From positions 2,621,422 through 2,685,421 of the forward strand of contig OZ253471.1 of the NCBI GenBank assembly GCA_965261715.1: DNA of 64,000 bases, given 5' to 3'. Origin of the DNA: Dehalococcoidia bacterium. GTDB lineage: Bacteria > Chloroflexota > Dehalococcoidia > Bin125. Shown here piece by piece: positions 35,464 through 46,006 of the stretch (position 1 is its first letter; each line of letters starts with the position of its first letter). A program made the position numbers and the translations under genes. Below the pieces are notes generated by a model that saw nothing but the letters and a program-made list of their open reading frames with translations, searched no databases and was not told the DNA's origin.

Positions 35464-35615
35464 TGCGCACCCCTCATCATGCGATCGGTGAGTTTCGTTT
35501 CCGATCTGTAATTCGTTTCACTGGCAAGCAGGATAGTTGGTAGATTCATATATGAGTGATCTAGTAAAGTTTGTCAAGATTGAAGACGCGATTGAGCGGT
35601 GGCAGTGAGGACGAG

Positions 35616-36539
35616 ATGACCACGACCGCGAGCCGGCCGGCCTCTGTGGACACGCTGTCATGGCTCGAGGCGGAGGGGATCCACATCATCCGCGAGGTCG
35701 CGGCAGAACTGGAACGACCTTGCCTGCTCTTCTCGGGCGGCAAGGACTCGATTGTGATGCTGCGATTGGCCGAGAAGGCGTTCTGGCCGGCGCGGATTCC
35801 GTTTCCCGTGATGCACGTCGACACCGGCCACAACTTTCCCGAGGCGATTGAATTCCGCGACCGCCGAGCCTCCGAGCTTGAACTGGAACTGATTGTCGCC
35901 TTGGTGCAGGACTCGATTGATCAGGGTCGCGTGGTCGAAGAGGTCGGACCGCGGGCTTCACGCAATCGCTTGCAGACGGTGACCTTGCTGGACGCGGTGC
36001 TCGAGCACAACTTCGACGCGCTCTTTGGCGGCGCGAGACGGGACGAGGAGAAGGCGCGGGCGAAGGAGCGCATCTTCTCGTTCCGCGACGCCTTTGGTCA
36101 GTGGGATCCGTCCAACCAGCGCCCGGAGCTGTGGAATCTGTACAACGGCCGACTGACGCGGGGGGAACACATTCGGGCGTTTCCTCTGTCGAACTGGACC
36201 GAGCTCGATGTCTGGCAGTACATCAAGCGGGAACGGCTGGAGATTCCTTCGATCTATTTCGCGCATGAACGGTCGATGTTCAAACGCGACGGGATGTTGT
36301 TTCCGACGTCGGACTTCGTTCCTCGGCTGCCAGGCGAGGATCCATTTGACGCAAGCGTGCGCTTCCGCACCGTCGGCGACATGACTTGCACGGCCGGTGT
36401 GTTGTCGCAGGCCGAGACGCTGGACGCGGTGGTGGCGGAGATTGCGGCGACGCGGATCACCGAACGCGGTGAGACGCGGGCCGACGACCGCTTCTCGGAG
36501 GCGGCGATGGAGGATCGTAAGCGCGAGGGGTACTTCTAG
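35616..36539 (+). CDS. cysD: sulfate adenylyltransferase subunit 2
   Basis: PAPS-reductase-like fold LLFSGGKDSIVMLRLA, VMHVDTGHNFPE; collinear with CysD over its length; start taken at MTTTAS. Confidence 0.85.
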   Translation: MTTTASRPASVDTLSWLEAEGIHIIREVAAELERPCLLFSGGKDSIVMLRLAEKAFWPARIPFPVMHVDTGHNFPEAIEFRDRRASELELELIVALVQDSIDQGRVVEEVGPRASRNRLQTVTLLDAVLEHNFDALFGGARRDEEKARAKERIFSFRDAFGQWDPSNQRPELWNLYNGRLTRGEHIRAFPLSNWTELDVWQYIKRERLEIPSIYFAHERSMFKRDGMLFPTSDFVPRLPGEDPFDASVRFRTVGDMTCTAGVLSQAETLDAVVAEIAATRITERGETRADDRFSEAAMEDRKREGYF

Positions 36540-37855
36540 TGAGCACAGGATTGAATGGCGCTGCGAACGCGTCGCCCGAAGAGGTGTTGGGGCTGGATCA
36601 GCGGACGCTGCTGCGCCTGGCGACGGCCGGGTCGGTCGATGACGGTAAGTCGACGCTGATCGGTCGCTTACTGTTCGATTCCAAGCAGATATTCATCGAT
36701 CAGATGGAGGCGATTGAACGGACGTCCCGGACTCGGGGCGAAGAAGATGTCAACTTGGCCTATCTGACCGATGGACTGCGCTCGGAGCGCGAGCAGGGCA
36801 TCACGATCGACGTGGCCTATCGCTACTTTTCCACACCTCGTCGCAAGTTCATCCTGGCCGACACACCGGGTCACGTGCAGTACACACGCAACATGGTGAC
36901 CGGCGCATCGACGGCCGACGCCGCGTTGCTGCTCGTTGATGCTCGGCGAGGCGTGCTGGAGCAGACACGGCGGCACGCGTACCTGTCCAATCTGCTGGGC
37001 ATTCGGCATTTCGTGCTTTGCGTGAACAAGATGGACCTGGTCGGGTGGGATCGGGCGGTGTTCGACGAGATCACGGAGGAGTTGACGCGCTTCGCCTCAC
37101 GCATGGGCGTCACCGATGTACGCGCGATCCCGATCTCGGCGAAATTCGGCGACTGGGTCGTTGATCCTTCCGAGCGCATGGCTTGGTACCCAGGGCCGCC
37201 GTTGCTGGAACAGCTTGAGACGCTTGAGGCATCCGAGCCGCCGCAGCACCAGGCATCGCGATTTCCGGTGCAGTATGTGATTCGTCCGCTGCGAGACGAG
37301 TACCACGACTACCGCGGATACGCCGGGACGATGGCGTCGGGCGTGTTGCGGGTCGGCGATCGGGTCAAGGTGATGCCCTCGGGCGCGGAGACGAGGGTCG
37401 CAGGGATTGACGCCTTCAACCAGCAGTTGGCGGAGGCGACGCCACCGATGGCGATCACGGTTCGGCTCGCCGATCAGTTGGATGTGCGTCGCGGTTCGAT
37501 GATTGTGTCGGCTGAACATCCACCGGTCGCCGCTACGTCTATTGACGCTCACATCTGCTGGATGAGCGAGCGGGTTCCCCTGCGCGCGCGGGATCGATTG
37601 GTGTTGAAGCTGACGACGCAGACCACACGCGCGCTGGTCGAAGAAGTCGGCGCTCGGCTTGATGTGAATACGCTGGAATACGACTTGACTGCGTCGCAGT
37701 TGTCCTTGAACGAAATCGGACGGGTCCGGCTGCGACTCATGGCCCCATTGTCGGTTGACCCATACGCTGAGTCGCGGGAGACGGGGGCGTTCATCCTGAT
37801 TGATGAAGCGACGTCAGCGACCGTCGGCGCAGGGATGATCACCTCCGGGGAATAG
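36539..37855 (+). CDS. cysN: sulfate adenylyltransferase subunit 1 (GTPase)
   Basis: G1 GSVDDGKST, G3 DTPGH, G4 NKMD; GTG start immediately after the cysD stop. Confidence 0.85.
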   Translation: MSTGLNGAANASPEEVLGLDQRTLLRLATAGSVDDGKSTLIGRLLFDSKQIFIDQMEAIERTSRTRGEEDVNLAYLTDGLRSEREQGITIDVAYRYFSTPRRKFILADTPGHVQYTRNMVTGASTADAALLLVDARRGVLEQTRRHAYLSNLLGIRHFVLCVNKMDLVGWDRAVFDEITEELTRFASRMGVTDVRAIPISAKFGDWVVDPSERMAWYPGPPLLEQLETLEASEPPQHQASRFPVQYVIRPLRDEYHDYRGYAGTMASGVLRVGDRVKVMPSGAETRVAGIDAFNQQLAEATPPMAITVRLADQLDVRRGSMIVSAEHPPVAATSIDAHICWMSERVPLRARDRLVLKLTTQTTRALVEEVGARLDVNTLEYDLTASQLSLNEIGRVRLRLMAPLSVDPYAESRETGAFILIDEATSATVGAGMITSGE

Positions 37856-37873
37856 TCCATCGGGGGAATTGGA

Positions 37874-38773
37874 ATGAGCCGAGTACGCGTACTGGGCTGG
37901 CTACTGCTAGTCGTGTTGCTGGTCGTGCTCCTGGCATCTGGTTTGACGGTCGCCTGCGGCGGTGAGCCCGGATACAACGAGGATGAGCTGATCCTCGCGA
38001 CGACGACATCGCTCAACGACTCGGGTCTGCTTGACGAACTGGTCCCGATCTTCGAGGAAGAAGAGGGGATCACGGTCAAGATCATCTCCGTCGGCACAGG
38101 CGCCGCGCTGCGGATGGGGGCGGAAGGCAACGCCGACATCCTATTGACGCACGCGCCGCCCTCGGAGCAGAAGCTGGTCGAGGCGGGCGACGTGACCAGC
38201 CGGACGCTGGTGGCCTACAACGACTTCGTGATCGTTGGACCGCTCGATGATCCCGCAGGCGTCGCAGGAATGAGCGACGTCGCCGAAGCACTGACCCAGA
38301 TTGCCAGGTCGGAAGCGGTCTTTGCCTCAAGAGGCGACGACAGCGGTACGCATAAGAAGGAGCGGGCGCTGTGGGACGAGGCAGGCTTGTCGCCATCGGT
38401 GGACAGTGATGATTGGTACCTGGAAGTGGGACAAGGCATGTCGGCGACGCTGACTGTCGCGAATCAGCTCGGGGCGTACACGCTCACGGATCGAGGGACG
38501 TATCTGTCGCTATCCGACGATGTGGCCGAGTTAACCACGTTGGTCGAGGGCGATCCGCTGCTGCTGAACTTTTACAGCGTGATGGAGGTGGATGGGGCGA
38601 AGGGTCGGATCAATACGGTGGCGTCGGAAGCGTTCAGGGAGTTTCTGCTGCGCGACGACATCCAGGCGATGATCGGCGACTACTTGCGCGAGGAATACGG
38701 TCAGCCGTTGTTTAATCCGGCTGCCGGGGAGACTGAGGCGTCGATCGCGCAGCGAGGCGCGGCCTCGGGCTGA
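37874..38773 (+). CDS. ABC transporter substrate-binding lipoprotein, TupA/WtpA-like oxyanion-binding family (specificity uncertain)
   Basis: lipoprotein signal with LTVACGG; ILATTTSLNDSGLLDEL with the TTTS motif recalled for tungstate-binding TupA; sits next to cysDN, so sulfate or another oxyanion cannot be excluded. Confidence 0.55.
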   Translation: MSRVRVLGWLLLVVLLVVLLASGLTVACGGEPGYNEDELILATTTSLNDSGLLDELVPIFEEEEGITVKIISVGTGAALRMGAEGNADILLTHAPPSEQKLVEAGDVTSRTLVAYNDFVIVGPLDDPAGVAGMSDVAEALTQIARSEAVFASRGDDSGTHKKERALWDEAGLSPSVDSDDWYLEVGQGMSATLTVANQLGAYTLTDRGTYLSLSDDVAELTTLVEGDPLLLNFYSVMEVDGAKGRINTVASEAFREFLLRDDIQAMIGDYLREEYGQPLFNPAAGETEASIAQRGAASG

Positions 38774-38799
38774 GTGACACCACGTCGGTGCGCAGCGCG

Positions 38800-39035
38800 G
38801 ACCCCTGTCTGTCACTCCGTGACATCTCCCCCCTTGCGGAGACCTTTGAAAAACTCCCCTTCGCCCCCCTTGCGGGGGAGATGCCGTAGGCAGGGGGGGC
38901 TCCTCATCCCCTGGCATATCTAGTCGCTGTGCGCGGACCCCCCCTCTGTCACTCCGTGACATCTCCCCCCGCAAGGGGGGGAGAGGGGATTTGTGAGTTT
39001 TGCAAAGGTCTCCTTGCGGGGGGTGAGGGGATCTC
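38800..39035. repeat. MITE family B cluster inserted between the SBP and permease genes of the oxyanion ABC operon
   Basis: two units with ...cccctgtctgtcactccgtgacatctcccccc... and ...ttgcgggggagatgccgtaggcaggggggg...cccctctgtcactccgtgacatctccccccgcaaggggggagaggggatttgtgagttttgcaaaggtctcc. Confidence 0.75.
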
Positions 39036-39057
39036 TTGTCACAAGTAGGATCGCGGC

Positions 39058-39756
39058 ATGGATTTGATTTGGGATGGCATTCGTGAGGCGGCTCGGCTGT
39101 GGTGGTCGGGGGATGGGGAGATCATTGAGATCACGCTGCGGACGCTGGCGATTTCGTCCTCGGCGACGGCGTTGGCGTTGATCGCGGGCATCCCCCTGGG
39201 CGCGGTGTTGGCTTTGCGCCGCTTTTGGGGCCGTGGACTTCTTGTCGCGGCCGTCAACACGGGCATGGGTATGCCGCCGGTGGCGATCGGTCTGTTTGTG
39301 GCTCTGATCCTCTGGCGCACTGGTCCTCTCGGCGGACTCAACCTGATCTACACGCCGACCGCGATGGTGGTCGCGCAACTGTTACTGAGCCTGCCGATGG
39401 TTGTGGGGTTCTCCTTGGCTTCGATTCAATCGGTGAACCCTCGACTGATTGGTCAGATGTGGGCGATGGGGGCGAATCGATTGCAGGTGCTGTGGCTGCT
39501 CGTTCGCGAGACCCGGCTTGGTCTGCTGGCAGCGGTGATGGCGGGATTTGGCGCGGCGATTTCGGAGGTCGGCGCGTCGATGCAGGTTGGCGGCAACCTG
39601 GCGGGCGAGACTCGCGTCTTGACGACGGCGACGGTGCTGGAGACAGGCCGGGGCAACTTTGAGGTCGCGATTGCCTTGTCGTTGGTGTTGGTTGTCCTGG
39701 CGTTCCTTGTCAATCTCGTGCTGACGACCGTGCAGCAACGTCGGCCCGTCACATGA
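39058..39756 (+). CDS. ABC transporter permease (TupB/ModB-like)
   Basis: 232-aa ORF, about 5-6 TM segments, binding-protein-dependent permease pattern. Confidence 0.75.
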   Translation: MDLIWDGIREAARLWWSGDGEIIEITLRTLAISSSATALALIAGIPLGAVLALRRFWGRGLLVAAVNTGMGMPPVAIGLFVALILWRTGPLGGLNLIYTPTAMVVAQLLLSLPMVVGFSLASIQSVNPRLIGQMWAMGANRLQVLWLLVRETRLGLLAAVMAGFGAAISEVGASMQVGGNLAGETRVLTTATVLETGRGNFEVAIALSLVLVVLAFLVNLVLTTVQQRRPVT

Positions 39757-40835
39757 CAACTCGCCCAGATGCTCATCTACAGGTCCGCGACCTTGTCGTG
39801 CAACGCGGCGGCGTGACGGTGCTGGAGATCGACTCGCTGGACATCCCGCGTGGGTTGGTGACCGTGTTGATCGGTCCCAACGGTTCGGGAAAATCGACGC
39901 TGCTGGGGGCGCTGCAACTTGTGCTTCACCCGCTGCGTGGCACGTTGACGCTCGATGGCGAACCGATGGACGCCGATCCTGTTGGCACACGGCGCCGCAT
40001 GTCAGCGGCGTTTCAGGAGCCGCTGCTACTGAGCATGTCCGTGCGCGCGAACGTCGAACTGCCGCTCAGGCTTCGCGGCGTCGACAAACGACGGCGGCGG
40101 GAACTAGCGGAGCACTGGCTGGAGCGATTTGGGATTGCCTCACTGTCCCGACGTCACGCGCGGCAACTGTCCGGTGGCGAGGCTCAACGGGTGAGTCTGG
40201 CGCGGGCCTTTGCCTCGCAGCCGGAAGTGATGCTGTTGGATGAGCCGTTCGCCGGCGTCGATGCGCCGACGCGCGAGGGACTGATTGAGGACTTCGCCGA
40301 GATTCTCTCGGAGACGCGGCCGACGACCGTTCTGGTCACGCACGACCGAGACGAAGCGTTGCGACTCGGCGATCAAGCCGCCTTGTTGATCGGCGGTCGC
40401 GTTCGCCAGATCGGGCCACCGCTGGAGGTGTTCGACCGGCCCGCCGATCGCGCTGTCGCGGAGTTTGTCGGGATGGAGAATGTCTGGCTCGGGCAGCGCT
40501 CTGAGTCTGGCGTCTATCGCGCAGGAGGCGTCCGACTGGCTTCCACGGACAAGTCAATTGCGCTGGGCGCGCCCGCGCTGCTCTGTGTCCGCCCTGAACG
40601 CATCGTCCTGACGCGAGAGGGTCAGTCAGCCCAGAACAAGATACGAGCAGTCGTCCGCAAGGTCCGACCGCGCGGACCGGTCGTACGAGCGGAGTTGAAG
40701 AGCGCAGGATTGACCTTGACCTCTGACGTGCCGTTGGTGATGTGGGACGAACTGAACTTGTCGGTGGGTGAGGAAGTCTTCGCGAGAATCGCCCCCACCG
40801 ACCTGCACGTCATCGGCGACGACGCAACAGGTTGA
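39753..40835 (+). CDS. ABC transporter ATP-binding protein with C-terminal TOBE-like domain
   Basis: Walker A GPNGSGKST, signature LSGGEAQR, Walker B LLDEP; overlaps the permease stop. Confidence 0.8.
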   Translation: MTTRPDAHLQVRDLVVQRGGVTVLEIDSLDIPRGLVTVLIGPNGSGKSTLLGALQLVLHPLRGTLTLDGEPMDADPVGTRRRMSAAFQEPLLLSMSVRANVELPLRLRGVDKRRRRELAEHWLERFGIASLSRRHARQLSGGEAQRVSLARAFASQPEVMLLDEPFAGVDAPTREGLIEDFAEILSETRPTTVLVTHDRDEALRLGDQAALLIGGRVRQIGPPLEVFDRPADRAVAEFVGMENVWLGQRSESGVYRAGGVRLASTDKSIALGAPALLCVRPERIVLTREGQSAQNKIRAVVRKVRPRGPVVRAELKSAGLTLTSDVPLVMWDELNLSVGEEVFARIAPTDLHVIGDDATG

Positions 40836-41211
40836 GCGGGCTGTTGCTCCCGCCTGTTTCTTCGGAATCGCCGATGTTAAAGATGCTGGCGAGCTCGGAA
40901 CGGCTGGGCTCGGTGGTGACGTGCTCGCCGTCGATCAGGATGGTCGGCGTGGAGCGGCTGCCGCGATTGAGCGACTCGACCACGCGGGCGGCTTCAGCGT
41001 CCTGGTCGATGTCGATGGTTCGGTAGGGAATCTCGAACTCGTCCAGGAAACGAACGGCTCGCCGGCAATCGCCGCACCAGACGGTGAGGTAGACGAGGAC
41101 ATCGCGCTCGGCATTGGGATCGGCCTCACGCGACGCGATCGGGCCCGCAGCCGGATCGATTTCGCAGGCTTCGCCGATTTGTACGTCAAGTTGCGGTGTG
41201 TCGTCGGTCAT
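40810..41211 (-). CDS. glutaredoxin-family (NrdH/mycoredoxin-like) protein
   Basis: VYLTVWCGDCRR CxxC motif in a Grx-like fold; start taken at MTDDTPQ (the table ORF has a 54-aa unsupported extension). Confidence 0.55.
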   Translation of the reverse strand: MTDDTPQLDVQIGEACEIDPAAGPIASREADPNAERDVLVYLTVWCGDCRRAVRFLDEFEIPYRTIDIDQDAEAARVVESLNRGSRSTPTILIDGEHVTTEPSRSELASIFNIGDSEETGGSNSPLNLLRRRR

Positions 41212-41245
41212 CTGGTCTCCCCGGTTCGTCACGCTCTTACTCAGT

Positions 41246-42694
41246 TCAGGATATCGAGGCCGGCACACGGTGAAGCTTGAGGAAGTTGGTGGGCTCGCCC
41301 TGACCCAGGGGAAATCCGCCGGTGAGTACGATTTGATCGCCCGCCTTGAGGCCGAGCGCGTCAACTGATGCACGTTCGACCTCTCTCAGCATCCCCTCGA
41401 TATCGCCGGGTGGCGGGCAGCGGTGCGGTTCGACGCCCCACATGAGCGCCAGACGCTGCAGGACAGCGTCCTCGGGTGCGAGCACGAGTACCGGCACGGG
41501 GAGACGAACGTGGGATATCAGGCGTCCTGAACGCCCGCTGATGGTGAACACGATCACTGCTCGGACCTGGGGGTGCTGATCGACCGCGGCGGCGACGGCG
41601 CTGGCGACGGTTCGAGCGGTGTCGGCCTTGAGCTCGATCGGCCGGGCGACCGCCGTGCGTCCGGCGTCGCCGGATTCGGCGCGGCGGATGATGTCGTCCA
41701 TCATGGCGACGACCTCGACCGGGTGGCGCCCGACGGCGGTCTCGGCGGAGAGCATGAGGGCGTCAGCGCCATCCCAGACAGCGTTGGCGACATCGGAGGC
41801 TTCTGCGCGCGTCGGTCGTTGGCGCTGGACCATCGATTCAAGCATCTGGGTGGCGATAATGACAGGCAGTAAGGCGCGTCCGGCGGCTTCGATGATGCGC
41901 CGCTGCAGGACTGGCACTTCAGCCGGCCCCACTTCGACGCCGAGGTCACCGCGAGCGACCATGACACCGTCGGAGACGGCGATGATCTCCTGCAGGTCAT
42001 GAATGGCGGAGAGCGTTTCGATTTTGGCAATCAGGGGGATTTCGCCCCCTGCTGCGTGGACTCCAGCGCTGGCTTCAGCCAGATCGAGGGCGCTGCGCAC
42101 AAATGAGAGGGCGAGGAAGTCGAAGCCGTGCCGGACGGCAAAGCCGATGTGCTCACGATCCCGGGCCGTCACCGCAGGCAAGTGTTTGCCCGCGCCGGGC
42201 GCGTGCAGTCCAGCCCGAGCGGTAAGCAGGCCGCCGCCGCGGACTGTCGTGCGGAGCCGATTGCCAACAATCTCCTCGATCAACAGATCGAGTTCGCCGT
42301 CGCGCAGGTACACGCGACCGCCCGTCTCGACCTCATCGACGAGCGCCGCATAGTTGCAGCTGATGGTCAAGCAGGCGCCGTCATACTCGGCTCCTGCGTT
42401 GCTTCCGACGAGGACGTCGACTCGCTCTCCGCGCGCGATCTCCGTGCCGTCGGGCACCGAACCGATGCGTATCTTGGGTCCCTGCAGATCGCCGAGAATA
42501 GCGACCGGCTTGCCCGTCTCGGCCTGGGCGCGACGGATGGAGTGGACTGCGCGGGTCCAGGAGGATTCATCTCCGTGGGAAAAGTTAATTCGGGCGACGT
42601 CGAGTCCGGCTTCAACCAGTGCGCGAACCGTTTCCGGATTGCCGGATGCGGGACCGAGCGTGGCGACGATCTTGGCGCGGCGTCGTGAGGTCAT
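41246..42694 (-). CDS. pyk: pyruvate kinase
   Basis: RRAKIVATLGP, ARINFSHG, KIENxEG-type motifs; start taken at MTSRRR. Confidence 0.85.
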   Translation of the reverse strand: MTSRRRAKIVATLGPASGNPETVRALVEAGLDVARINFSHGDESSWTRAVHSIRRAQAETGKPVAILGDLQGPKIRIGSVPDGTEIARGERVDVLVGSNAGAEYDGACLTISCNYAALVDEVETGGRVYLRDGELDLLIEEIVGNRLRTTVRGGGLLTARAGLHAPGAGKHLPAVTARDREHIGFAVRHGFDFLALSFVRSALDLAEASAGVHAAGGEIPLIAKIETLSAIHDLQEIIAVSDGVMVARGDLGVEVGPAEVPVLQRRIIEAAGRALLPVIIATQMLESMVQRQRPTRAEASDVANAVWDGADALMLSAETAVGRHPVEVVAMMDDIIRRAESGDAGRTAVARPIELKADTARTVASAVAAAVDQHPQVRAVIVFTISGRSGRLISHVRLPVPVLVLAPEDAVLQRLALMWGVEPHRCPPPGDIEGMLREVERASVDALGLKAGDQIVLTGGFPLGQGEPTNFLKLHRVPASIS

Positions 42695-42852
42695 TTGTAG
42701 AGAGTCTTTAATGTGGCCTTGAGCCAGCTTAAGGCGACACGCAAGCAAGCATCATGTTCTGCGTGTAAGCAGCGCGTCTGTGGTACAGAGCAATGAGAGT
42801 GGATCGCCGTCGTTCCGGTCCTCGCATCCTGAGTCTGCTCCAAGTGTGAGAA

Positions 42853-43015
42853 GTGTTCCTAAATTCGTCATTCCCGCGCCCCGTCGCGGGAATCTCGCCG
42901 AGTTCTACACCGACGCTCGAGCATGAGGAAGCGCGGTCGTTTCGATCGCACAGCCGGCTCCAGGCCTTCCTGCCGAGCACAGCGAGATACCCGCGGCGGA
43001 GCGCGGGTATGACGG
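42853..43015. repeat. pair of family D hairpins in inverted orientation bounding ~100 bp (MITE-like)
   Basis: cgtcattcccgcgccccgtcgcgggaatctcgc ... cgagatacccgcggcggagcgcgggtatgacgga. Confidence 0.6.
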
Positions 43016-43090
43016 AGATGGAAGCCGAGTGACTTCTGAGTCACACTCCGGGGGCGGGGACGGGAGCACGGGCTGGGAGTGCGGACGCAA

Positions 43091-43125
43091 AACGGGCCGC
43101 TCCCGTGGGAGCGGCCCGTTTGTTG
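43091..43125 (-). terminator. rho-independent terminator downstream of groEL (GC-rich hairpin cgggccgctccc-acg-ggagcggcccg followed by UUUUG)
   Basis: perfect 11-bp stem followed by a T-run on the groEL coding strand, about 30 nt after the stop. Confidence 0.55.
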
Positions 43126-43153
43126 GTCGCCGTTGATTGGCGGTTGGCTGGGT

Positions 43154-44803
<1,650 letters not shown>

Positions 44804-44813
44804 TTACGTGTTC

Positions 44814-44840
44814 CTAGCACTCGCATAGCGAGAGTGCCAA
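44814..44840. promoter_or_regulatory. CIRCE element (HrcA operator) ctAGCACTC-N9-GAGTGCcAA upstream of groEL
   Basis: matches the TTAGCACTC-N9-GAGTGCTAA consensus with a 9-nt spacer, about 50-75 bp upstream of the groEL start. Confidence 0.75.
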
Positions 44841-45024
44841 CGCGTGTATTGTGTCGAATTTGTTGCGCCAGCGCAAGTGGCGCGGACGTTATCGTTTCGT
44901 GCCCTCACGACTATGCAACGGCGCTGTTAAATCGGCTACAGCGGCATGGCTCTGCAGGCCCCTTCAGCTCTCCGTTCAGGCCGGGGACAGGCGTTCGGTA
45001 GCTTCCACCGCAACGAGGCCTGTG

Positions 45025-45170
45025 AACACTCCCCTTCGCCCCCCTTGCGGGGGAGATGCCGTAGGCAGAGGGGGGGCTCCCAATCTCGTGGCCTATCTGG
45101 TCGCTGCCGGAGCCCCCCTCTGTCACTCCGTGACATCTCCCCCCGCAAGGGGGGGAGAGGGGAACAAAGT
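45025..45170. repeat. MITE family B copy
   Basis: ccccttgcgggggagatgccgtaggcagagggggggctcc...cccctctgtcactccgtgacatctccccccgcaagggggggagagggga. Confidence 0.75.
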
Positions 45171-45173
45171 CGT

Positions 45174-45473
45174 TCAGAGCAGCAGTCGAGGCGTAGGCAG
45201 CAGCTTGAACAGCGCGACCGCGCGTATCTGATCGTCGTGCACCGCGCCGAAGCGTCGGCTGTCGGTGCTGCGGGTTGGGTTGTCACCGACGACGAACCAA
45301 CCATCGCCCTCTCGGGTCAGGGCGCGTTTGATGAAGAGGTCGGCCCGGCGTCGGAAGGCGATGACGCGTCCCGGTTCCACGGTTAGCAGTTTGGGCGACA
45401 GAGCCAGCAGACGGTCTCCGTCGCGCAGCGTCGGGGACATGGAGTCGCCCTGGACCCGGAGGAAGTAGATCAT
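45174..45473 (-). CDS. small S24/S26-family serine peptidase-like protein
   Basis: 99-aa ORF with VQGDSMSPTL and a downstream Lys (FIKRA), i.e. a Ser/Lys dyad pattern. Confidence 0.45.
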   Translation of the reverse strand: MIYFLRVQGDSMSPTLRDGDRLLALSPKLLTVEPGRVIAFRRRADLFIKRALTREGDGWFVVGDNPTRSTDSRRFGAVHDDQIRAVALFKLLPTPRLLL

Positions 45474-45515
45474 CTGAGGCGCCGGTCTAAGGAACCATTG
45501 AACAACTAGCTCCGC

Positions 45516-45580
45516 TGGCCAAGCGGGACCCCCCCTCTGTCACTCCGTGACATCTCCCCCCGCAAGGGGGGGAAGGGAGC
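45516..45580. repeat. MITE family B half copy
   Basis: ccccctctgtcactccgtgacatctccccccgcaagggggggaaggg. Confidence 0.6.
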
Positions 45581-45585
45581 ATGGG

Positions 45586-45885
45586 CTAGAAGTCGTCCAT
45601 GCCGAAGTCGTCGTGGCCGTGGTCGTGACCGTGGCCGCCCATGCCCATGCCACCCATGTCGGGCATGCCACCCATGTCAGGCATGCCGCCCATGGCTCCC
45701 ATATCGAAGTCATCGAACGATGAGCCGCCTGATCCCGTGTGGATCGCGACGCCGGCGCCGAAGACGCGGGCGCCGACTCCACCTTCGCAAGCGGGGCAAT
45801 CGGGCGTGTCGGGCGCCTGACCCATTTTGGCGAGGACATCGAAGACGTTGGTGCACTGGGGGCACTTGTACTCGTACATCGGCAT
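45586..45885 (-). CDS. FmdB-family zinc-ribbon protein with Gly/Met/His-rich C-terminal tail
   Basis: MPMYEYKCPQC...CPAC zinc ribbon; tail GMPDMGGMPDMGGMGMGGHGHDHGHDDF. Confidence 0.5.
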   Translation of the reverse strand: MPMYEYKCPQCTNVFDVLAKMGQAPDTPDCPACEGGVGARVFGAGVAIHTGSGGSSFDDFDMGAMGGMPDMGGMPDMGGMGMGGHGHDHGHDDFGMDDF

Positions 45886-46006
45886 AAGGTGTTCCCTCCC
45901 TTGAGGATGCTGAGCTGTGGTTGGTCGTTGGGTCATATCTTACGACGGTGACCCGCGATTCCGACGCGGCGTACTGAACAGGGGAACCGATCAAAGGAGT
46001 GGGGCG

